The notes under the pieces were generated by a model that saw only the letters and a list, made by a program, of their open reading frames with translations, had not been told where the DNA came from and searched no databases. A DNA stretch of 63,537 nucleotides, filler included, from Atractiella rhizophila (Eukaryota): the NCBI GenBank assembly GCA_021432655.1. It is 6 parts of 5 records of this genome, joined end to end, with 100 filler letters (N's around TTAATTAATTAA, not from the genome) between each part and the next. Parts side by side here need not be neighbours in the genome. Positions count along the whole stretch, not along the records: positions 44,581 to 55,391 come from MU271344.1; positions 55,492 to 62,268 come from MU271345.1; positions 62,369 to 63,537 come from MU271386.1; 3 more parts are not named here. The stretch is one strand, 5' to 3'. Below, one piece after another: positions 52,590 through 63,537 of the stretch (position 1 is the first letter of the stretch; each line of letters starts with the position of its first letter). The position numbers and the translations under genes were made by a program.

Positions 52590-52883
52590 GCTCGCAGCCA
52601 AATTTGAACCAGACTCTAACCTCTTCTTCCTTCTTCCCAACGTCGTGACAGCGAGTTCTTGAGGGCACTAATAAAGACCGTACTCTCCCAACTTGCAACT
52701 CTACTGCCGGTGCCGCACGTTCTCTTCTTTTCGTCGTTATTAATTAGCTGGTGGTCAGCGGTCGGATTCCTTAGAAGTTGCAGGAAGAAACACAGACGCG
52801 TCACCACTCAGCAACTCTCAAAAGATTATCCTTCAGCGCTTCAGCAGCAAACGTCAGGCCTGTTATATTCACGAAACAGTACC

Positions 52884-54680
<1,797 letters not shown>

Positions 54681-54973
54681 ACTCTGCACTTGAGCCAGTT
54701 AATTTCATGGTACTGTGTTCTTGTTCACAAGCAAGTTAAATGCACTGGAAAGACTGCTGAAGGCGTTGATGTGAATTTCCGAATATCATATATCACCATC
54801 ATCATGAAACAGAACCTTCGAATGATTGAAGAACGCAAGATCAAGGAGGTTCCCTATTTAATCATTTATGGATGTTGCAAAACTACAGCTGTACTGATTG
54901 ATTGAGGAAGCAATATCAGACAAAGAAAATGAAGAAGAAAGTCGTCAAGTTTTCAAGAACGAAACGAAGATAT

Positions 54974-55391
54974 TTAGATTGCCTGAACATCCCGATCAAT
55001 ATGATGGCCTTCACACGCTGACCTCTTTTGGAGGTTCCGGGCTCGTAGCCCTACTACCGACTCGTGACCCTTGCCTGCTCCCCTCTCGACTGCCGCTCAA
55101 AGGCGTGCTTCCATGGCTGAAGCTCCCACTATCCCTATTCGGGTTCCGCCCAGTTCCACTGCCACCAAAGCCCCGTATCAGGCCGCTCCCTCCTCTCCAT
55201 CCACTTGCTGGGCCACCTTGAGCGTCCCCAGTCGCTCTTCTCGGATTATTCAGCTTATCACCTAATTGGTTAGCGAATCCAGCGAAGCCGAGGGGACCTT
55301 GACTTTGTCGATGCGCAGGAACGGCAGGCGGACCCATGTTTCCGACCTCCATTGGGATGTTGGAGGCTCGACGAATAGAACCAGAGGATGG
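54974..55391 (-). CDS. 3' end of a gene with a Gly/Ser/Arg-rich tail; may or may not belong to SPA2 across the gap
   Basis: Open frame to ...SPEPPKE, a 40-nt GTCAGC..CAG intron, then AI-TAA. Confidence 0.5.
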
Positions 55392-55491
55392 NNNNNNNNN
55401 NNNNNNNNNNNNNNNNNNNNNNNNNNNNNNNNNNNTTAATTAATTAANNNNNNNNNNNNNNNNNNNNNNNNNNNNNNNNNNNNNNNNNNNN

Positions 55492-57619
55492 ACTTGGACA
55501 AGTTTGGCCATGTCAACGATAGTCGTAGCGAGATGGCTAGCAGCGGCGTCAAGGAGCGAGACTGGTGAAATACCAAAGCTCGTGGCGTGCGATTTCGCAG
55601 CTACCATGAGGTTTGTGAGCGTAGCTGAACTCTTCGCCTTCAAGTTCTGTAGGCGGTCTCGATCGTCAGGTGAGAAGCTCCGGTAGGATGGAGTAGCTTC
55701 GAAGCTAACAATGTCTGCATCGATTTTAGAAACCGTTTGCACAATATTCTTCATTGCGCCGAGGACAGAGGAAGGGGACTGGGAACGGCCGGAGGAGAGG
55801 AGATCGTCAATGTTTGACTGGAAGGTCGTGATGTGAATATCTGCTATGCCACCAGAATCGGAGGCAGGGAGGTTGTCTGAGGAGATTGAAGGGGTATTGG
55901 TGTTCATGAAGAATTGAGACGTTGCTGCATCAGCAGGTCAGTGTGAAGGAAATGGAACATGAAGATTACGCACCCTTGATATTCCTCAACTCCGTCTTAG
56001 CCTGCTCAAACTTCTTCTTGTACATATTTAACTGAGCCTTCACCCCCTCCAGCTCCTCTTCGTCCCTCTCCCTATCCTTGGACAGCTCTTCATACTTCTC
56101 CCCCATCTTCCTCAACTCGCTCAGGAGACTTTGAATCTCCCCTCTCAGTTCCTCAACACCTCTTCTCAGATCCTCCTTCTCCCTTTCGGCAGCATCTAGG
56201 TCCCTCTTCATCCTCGATATGGATCCATCATCCCTCTCCATTGTTCTCGCTTTCGCCAGCTGGGATTGTGTCTCCGCCAAGCGAGTTTGGGCGTTGTTAA
56301 GATCGCGTTGAAGGGATTGAAGCGAAACGGATTGATCATCAAATCGCTGCTGCTCACTACGGAGCTCCGTCTCCAGATTCAACTTGTCTTCCGCATCACG
56401 TCTCCTCTCCTCCCTTTCCCGTTCCAGGTCCTTCTCAGCCCCTTCAAATCGTCTCTGCAACGTCGCAAGCTTGAATTCATAGTCACTCTTCATCTTCTCC
56501 ATCTCTTCCTTCGAGACTCGATCATCTGCCTTCTCAGCTGCAAAGTTTCCTAAGAATCTGCCTCCTACACTGCTAGCTTCTGAACCGCGTCCAATGGAAA
56601 GCTTGTCGAAATAATCACTCTCAGCCTTGCTCTTCGTGTCTGGGCTGTCTAGATTACGACTATTTTTCGTGCTGAGACCATTGGGAAGAGGATTATTATA
56701 CCTGGGAGGGGAAGCAGTGTATAACTGAGGGGACATTTCGTCGTTCCCGGGGAGTGAAGGCCCATCATCTTCCACCAGTACCGATTTGTTAGGGACGAGG
56801 ACTTCAGATGCGGCCGAGGGAGCTACTTGGAGGGGAGCAGGACGACGGGTGAGGGTATTGTCACGATTCTCTCTGTACGGTGGTCTCGAATCTGGTGGCG
56901 GATACATGGAGGCAGGAGACTGAGGGTCATTGTTGTAACCATTGTACTGCTGCTGCTCCCTTTCCATTCGTTCGCGCTCCATCTGCTTTTCCTCCTCCTC
57001 AAACTCCGGATACCGTCTGTCCAGTTCTGTGTAGACATCGTTGCCCAAATCCTTGAAGCGTCCAGGCGGGAGAGTCGCGAGTTTCTGCCTCGCTTGATTC
57101 CGCTTGGGATGGAATTCGTTCTTTAGCGGAAGGAAAGGTTCGGCGATGGCTGGATCTGTTGTTCGACGGACCAGCTCATCGTAAACGTCTGTGGAAAGCT
57201 CCTGAAATTGTTGGCGCGTTAGTCGAGTGAGTTTGTCTCGTGCATTTGTGCGGTTTGCAAGATCTGTTCAATAAATGATTAGCCTTTTATGTTTCATCAC
57301 GCCTTACTCCTCTAACAACGAGACCAACTCGGACAACACATCGCAGCTGCGCACTACCATGCAGCATTGCTACATTTTGCAGCCTATCGTGCTCCATCGA
57401 AACAAGAGAGTGCGTACCTTTCCCATCGCCCTGTTGAATCAAGAAGCTCCTGAGTTCCTTCCAATGCGTCCTCGCTATTCTCCTAGCTTCTTCAAGGTTC
57501 CCGCCATCTGCTCTCCTACTAACGCTTCCACTTGACTGAGACGGTGCATCATTGGGGCGATAGGCAGACGAGGCGACAGTGTAGCCACCATCGGAGGTGC
57601 GTGAGGTAATACGAGACAT
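55492..57619 (-). CDS. SPA2: Spa2/GIT-like polarity scaffold protein (3' part interrupted by gap)
   Basis: Two Spa2-homology repeats (ARDKLTRLTRQQFQELSTDVYDEL; PKRNQARQKLATLPPGRFKDLGNDVYTELDRRYP), coiled coil, SPVSLLDAAASHL. Confidence 0.9.
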
Positions 57620-58260
57620 GATTTGAGACTTGCCCTATCGTGAAAGAGCGTGTGGCCAATACAGCCAAGGTACCAACCGCCGACTTGCGATGTCGATAAG
57701 CTGTCCAGCGAATATTTTCGACACAAAAGCGTAAGGGGAGGCTCTCGATCGTTTATCCAAGTACTTGCAAGGCAGGAACAGTCAATAGCGCAAAAGGGCT
57801 CGTCGTGTGTGGACGGCAGACGGATCCGAGACAGAAACATTGCACCACTAATTGCCTCCGCTCACNNNNNNNNNNNNNNNNNNNNNNNNNNNNNNNNNNN
57901 NNNNNNNNNNNNNNNNNNNNNNNNNNNNNNNNNNNNNNNNNNNNNNNNNNNNNNNNNNNNNNNNNNNNNNNNNNNNNNNNNNNNNNNNNNNNNNNNNNNN
58001 NNNNNNNNNNNNNNNNNNNNNNNNNNNNNNNNNNNNNNNNNNNNNNNNNNNNNNNNNNNNNNNNNNNNNNNNNNNNNNNNNNNNNNNNNNNNNNNNNNNN
58101 NNNNNNNNNNNNNNNNNNNNNNNNNNNNNNNNNNNNNNNNNNNNNNNNNNNNNNNNNNNNNNNNNNNNNNNNNNNNNNNNNNNNNNNNNNNNNNNNNNNN
58201 NNNNNNNNNNNNNNNNNNNNNNNNNNNNNNNNNNNNNNNNNNNNNNNNNNNNNNNNNNNN

Positions 58261-58762
58261 ATCTTAACATGGCCACAGCTTTCCTACGTCGCAGCAGATG
58301 AGAAAGGACGTATTGTCGGATATATTTTTAGCGAAAATGTGCGAATAGCTCATTCTCTTTTGTCTGTATTAAATATGTCTTCAGAGACGAGGAACCGTCC
58401 CCTCATGTTCATGGTCACGTGACCTCGATATCAGTTTTGCGATCTTATCGGACGGTTAGGGCTAGCAAAAAAACTCATGGAGCAATCCCGTACGCATTGC
58501 TTGCTTCTTGTGGTTATAGTACTTGACCATATGCGTAGAGAGGGAAATGCGTCGCATCTACAAACGCTGAATTTGTTTCTCTGCATGTTCGCAAGACCAA
58601 CCGGGCGGCACTCGCATTATATAAGGACTCTCTAGGCTTTGAGCTTGCAGGTGTAGAGAAAGCTTATTGTAAGCGTTTTCTTTGACAATGTTGAGTTGGT
58701 TCGCTCAAAATGGGACAGACGGAGACGGCGAAGACGCTTTACAGATGAAGATGCAACTATAA
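58261..58762 (+). CDS. ARD1: N-terminal acetyltransferase A catalytic subunit (5' end in gap; three +1 indels)
   Basis: [72 protein letters not shown]. Confidence 0.92.
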
Positions 58763-58882
58763 CATCTTTTTTTCGCAAATTGGCAGTTGAGAGATCTATG
58801 GGTATTAGTTAATATGTAATTAGATCCTTCTTGCTATAGCTAAACTCGATCCAAATGTCCTTTCCCACGTCTAAAATCTCCC

Positions 58883-61509
58883 TCATGCAAAGCAAGTAAG
58901 GTTCGACACCGCTGCAGCCATTCCAACATAGGGAACGTTGAATTGCTCCTTTGAGCTGTCGTCCTCCAACAATATGTGGCCACTATAAACAGGATAGCTA
59001 GAGGAGCATCAGGAAAGCCGAGAAAGAAGAGGGAACAACGGCTCACTCTGGATTCGCCTCTGGCGGGTCAAAATTTACGGTAACGTTGACAGATCCTCCA
59101 GCAGGAACCGTTACAAAGTCGGGAAGAGACACCGTTGCTTGTAATCCATCGGCTAGTCGGTTGTATGAAGCTTTACAGGGTGAGATTGCCGAATCCACTG
59201 CTAATGCAGTAACTGAGGGAAGATGTCGAAAGATGAACCTGCGTTCATCCTGTCCCAGATTTGACACCGTGAAGGTGTGATTGGAGACGAAATACTCCGT
59301 ATCGTTCAAGTTGAGGGCGTAGGGCTCGAAAACAATTTGAGAGTGCAAGGCGCGTAGAGTGTCTATTCTTCCGCTACCTGCTTGAGGGACGGCAGCGATG
59401 GTGTCGGGAAAAGAGGCGTTGAGACCTGTTATGGTAGAGGTAGAGAAAAGATGCTCCTGAGTTGATTCGGGGTCAGATTCTCGTTCTTCCTTGCACTCAG
59501 GACGAGAGCAAGGGCTCCAGCGACCACGGGACTGGAGGCACTCGTACCAGTGAAGAGAGCGTATCCCCCGCCGAAGACGCAGGAGAAGATGTTGACTCCT
59601 GGGGCATTAAATGAGGGGTTCATGACTGGACCGTACTGGGAAAGTGCGGGACCCCAAGAGCTGCCAGCGAAAGGGTATCCAGCGTTTGGATCATCCCACG
59701 CTTCACTGACAGGAGCAGAATCCGAGAAGTCAAGTGTCACTGTCTCTCCAGCTCCGAGAGCTGCTTTCAGAGATTGATAATCACTAATGTTGATGTAGCC
59801 GATCCCTTTTAGGCCATTGTCAAAACCTGCCGTTGTTCCGGGGGACTCATTATGAGTCGCAGCTAGGAAAACGTAGGTAGCTCCGGCAGCAACGAGATTT
59901 TGAATCTTTGGTCCGAATCTGCAGCCTCCGATTCTCACAAGAGTAACGAAACCGCTAAGATCTGTGCCTGCGGGGAAAGGGTTGCAGGCATCGTCTTCAA
60001 TCGTTTGGTTAGGATTGGTCCCGTCGAAGAGTGGGAGTGTTTGTGTCTTGAAAGAGAAATATGACCAATACTGCACAGATGAGTTGAAAGAGCTTCTGGC
60101 GCCGAAAAGGGTATTGGAAGAAGTTCGGCTGTTGCCGACCGCCCTAAATTTCACTTCATCAGTTTAAGTAGGTGTAAGAGAGACATTCGAAGGCACCAGA
60201 CAGACGGCCCCATTGCTGGGCCACCCATGGAAAAGAGTCCGAAATCGCCATCGTTTCCATTTGCCGCGACGATGATTTTACCCGTCTGTGCACCAAGTCA
60301 GAGGGAGATAATAAAATGCATGAAAGAGCAACCTCTCGAATAATTCTGTCTGCCATAACAGCAACCAAGTTGCCCTCCCAGTACGGACCATTCGCATAAA
60401 GCAGGGACATGTTGATGATATCTGCATCGTCGTCAACGGCGGCAAGCATCGCGTCCACCTTTCCCAAAGCGTTAGTCAGAACTCAGGCGTGAAGGAGCAT
60501 GACGCACCCAAACGTCGATCGAGGTCACCCTAATGCGAGCTTTATCAGAAGTGAACAGCGTGAAGAAGAGGACCCACCCTCCACAGGAAAATACGCGATA
60601 GAACCCCAGCTCTGCAAGAGGACTTATTCCGAAGTAGGGGAAATCAGGATGGGGATCGGCTGCGATCAAAGATGCCTATCAAATATGTTAGCTCACGATT
60701 GGTAATCTGTTGTAATACAGACCACTTCCGTTCCATGGGGGATGACATCGCCGCAAGTCTCCAAGGGATCGTCATCCTGTCCTCCTTGAGTATCTACCTG
60801 GACAGCATGAATGATGCCATACTGGAGTAGGGTAGCCATCGGTTGCAAGGTTGTCTCCCTTGATAATAGGCTTAGTAAAAAAAAGCACGCAGACGCGGGG
60901 ACTTACCACCATATCCTTCCCAAAGCTCACTTTGCAACCAAGTCCAAAACAGCCGCCCAGAAGCGGGTGTGTATAGTCAAAACCCTCATCAATGATAGCA
61001 ACTCGAACTCCTACAAAGGAATTAACAGACCGTTCCATCACAGGAAATGATTCACCTTGACCCAAAATTCCCATCTTATGAAGCTCCGTAGCATTAACGA
61101 GCAAGTGAGGTCGAAAGTTACTGTTTTTAAAGGCAGCATCATCAGCGCTAGGTGGCTGATATGCTCTCTTCCCAAACTCTTTTGCCTTCTTCGACCTCTT
61201 CGCTCGTCTCCTTTGCGCATCGGAGTTTACGCGTATTCTATGATTTGGCCATACCTTCACGACTCCTGCGAGGGCAGAAAGCGAGCTCTCCACTTCTTCT
61301 GAGGTCGATTCGACACGGACCACGACGCCGTTTAAAAGGGCATGATCGTAAACCTTCGTTATTGTAGTTCCCTCTGGAACAGAGAATGCCTTGGGATCGA
61401 CGGCAGGGGATAATTCGAGGAGGTAGCCGTCAGTGCCAGTGGTCTCGGTTGATAACGACCAACAGAGTGGGGACAAAGTCAGAAGGAAGGTGAAAAAGAA
61501 AGACCTCAT
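58883..61509 (-). CDS. Secreted S8 subtilisin-like serine protease with prodomain, PA and Fn3-like domains
   Basis: Signal-like MRSFFFTFLLTLSPLCWSLS; triad motifs VAIIDEGFDYTHP, HGTEVASLIAA and GTSASSPVVAG; AANGNDG; last exon PVYSGHI...VPYVG. Confidence 0.9.
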
Positions 61510-62348
61510 CAAGAAGGATTCTGAGCTCTTCGACACGACGGAAAGAAAGAGCCACATCCATATTTATATCTATCCAAGCCGTATGTATCAAACCCGTATG
61601 TATGAGATGTGTGACAGGCCGACAATGAGGGACAAGAGGAAGGGACAGTCCGAATTGCCATCAAGGTGTTCGCAGCAAGACAAATCCTGGCTCCTGCGAA
61701 GCAGATGCCAATGCCGGCACGTCACAGGCTCTGAGATTGCAACCATGAGCTTCTGCAGGCTACTGCCAGGACTCGGACGGAAAGGCCCCAACAACTTGAA
61801 TTTAGCCGGCTCACGAGGAGCTCAATCTGGAGGCTTTCGGATCCCTGAGCCTGTCATGATTAGAAAACAAAGTACGACAGCCATCATTATAGGAAGAGAT
61901 AAGATAGAGCGGTAAAGCGAGAAAACCTCTGCTGCACAACGCGAAATCTACCTTCGCAGTAGCACGTGATATGAGAACGACTCGAGATCCCAGACAACGA
62001 GAGTTGAGCCTGTGACGGTTGAGAAATAGGTTACTGTAGCATTCGAAAATGGATATTCGCCCTGCAACTGTGAGTAAAATCTCAGCAGGGGATGAGAACA
62101 CGGTGATGAGTCCCGTAAACAGATCGCAGACTTGCAAGGTAAAACACCTGTCTATCGTGTTGTTGAAGCAGGAAGATGCTCTCCTCTTGCTGCCTCTCAA
62201 GTTATAGCTGATACTGACTCTGTAACTAAGGGATGCAGGTACGTTTCTATGCATTCTCTTTAGTGAGCNNNNNNNNNNNNNNNNNNNNNNNNNNNNNNNN
62301 NNNNNNNNNNNNTTAATTAATTAANNNNNNNNNNNNNNNNNNNNNNNN

Positions 62349-62679
62349 NNNNNNNNNNNNNNNNNNNNTCCATCCCAAATCCAAGCCCAACGTCACCACC
62401 ATCTGCACGGAGGATGGCATCGAGAGCTGCGGATGAAGAAGGTGGATTTTCCTGTGGATTGTGATTGGGAGAAGGATCGAGGTGGATGAGATTATCCAAG
62501 TCGAAATCGAGCTCTGTATTGCCATTAGCGCTCGCACCTGTACCGGATACTCCGCCTAGCGCTCCGACGAGGGTTGAGGAGGAGGAAAAGTCGAATTCAG
62601 TCGCACAGATGTCGAAGATGGTGGAGGTGGTGCTGAAGTCGAGGTCGAGGGAGGGGGAGGGCGAGCGACGACGAGACAT
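62349..62679 (-). CDS. 5' fragment of a hypothetical acidic low-complexity protein running into a gap
   Basis: MSRRRSPSPSLDLDF... stays open to the N-run. Confidence 0.4.
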
Positions 62680-63537
62680 TTCTGAAATCACGATTCTACT
62701 TTTTTGACGATGTCCCAATGCTGCTTCCAACAATGACCCCAAAGACCCCTGCAATCCCTAAAGGGAATCCAAAATGATAATACCAGTGATAATATCGATA
62801 CTGCCAACGATAAAGAAGTGGATGTCAGCGATGGAGGGGGCTGCTGGGAGGGGTGAAAGGGAGGGAGATGGTGGATGAATAGCATGAGGAAGTGAGAAGG
62901 GACAAGGACAAGGCCTTTGAGGCTGGAGAAGCGTGATTTGTTTGGAGATCGAATCAATTTCCAGAAGCAGAACAAAGGAAACCTTATTCTTTTGTTGCTA
63001 AACTGTAACTTAAACTTAGAACTCAACTGCATTACGTAAATTAACCTTATGTATCTCCAAACACGTGCACGATCTACACTTGCAAATAGCTCCAAATGTT
63101 TAGGTGATCGCTAATTTCCAACTTTAATATATCCCACTTCAATATTATTTCCGTATTTACTACGCAATATTATTATTGCAGGAAGAACATGTTCAAAGCA
63201 AACCCAAAACACTCCCAACCATCCTTCGAATCCTACAAGCTCTCGCTCACTCCTCCACTCTCCAGCAATTCCCAACGTCTTCCTGTTCCGTCAACCTCAT
63301 TGACCAGCGATGACGAAACGGAGCTGTTCTCGTTCAAGGAAGCGAGGTATCACGCTGCGTTCAATGCATTGTCCATCGCGGGAGCCGGAGACGAACTCGC
63401 TTATGTCACTGAGGGAAAGGTGGTCAGGATCAGGTGGGCTGATGGGGAGGAGGTGTGTTGCTTCTTTTTTTTCCCGCTTTTGTGCCTTCCAATACTTTTC
63501 ATGTTTCATTGTGCATCACGCCATCATTGCAGCAATT

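Noticed and set aside
57650..58422. Long ORFs listed across 57866-58260
   Set aside because: They are open only because they run through Ns.
61580..62268. ORFs 61433-61915 and 61811-62254 as genes
   Set aside because: No recognisable motifs or splice structure; left uncalled.

Overview
Gene-dense, intron-rich eukaryotic DNA. Short GT-AG introns of about 40-65 nt and the protein content point to a basidiomycete fungus (inference). It is a draft assembly: N-gaps, most carrying an artificial TTAATTAATTAA spacer, and clear homopolymer errors. Recognisable genes in order: SelO/FMP40, FOX2, an F-box/LRR protein, an SLC35F-like transporter, COG4, a WD40 (Nup37-like) protein, an LCCL-family membrane protein fragment, two YPK1/Gad8-type AGC kinase paralogues flanking VMA5, several hypothetical proteins, a DHA2 MFS transporter, a TDG/MUG glycosylase, a JTB-like gene and RPT6 inside a ~1.5 kb tandem duplication, SPA2, ARD1/NAA10 and an S8 subtilisin. 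The oddest signal is a ~1.1 kb segment (46680-47785), and possibly a shorter one (31750-32095), whose short-word composition is the mirror of the neighbouring sequence. It shows intron-like signals when read complemented but not reversed. Other points of interest are snoRNA-like structures in three unusually long introns (VMA5, RPT6, WD40 gene) and scattered decayed F-box/LRR relics. Exon boundaries, folds and k-mer counts were done by eye and are approximate.
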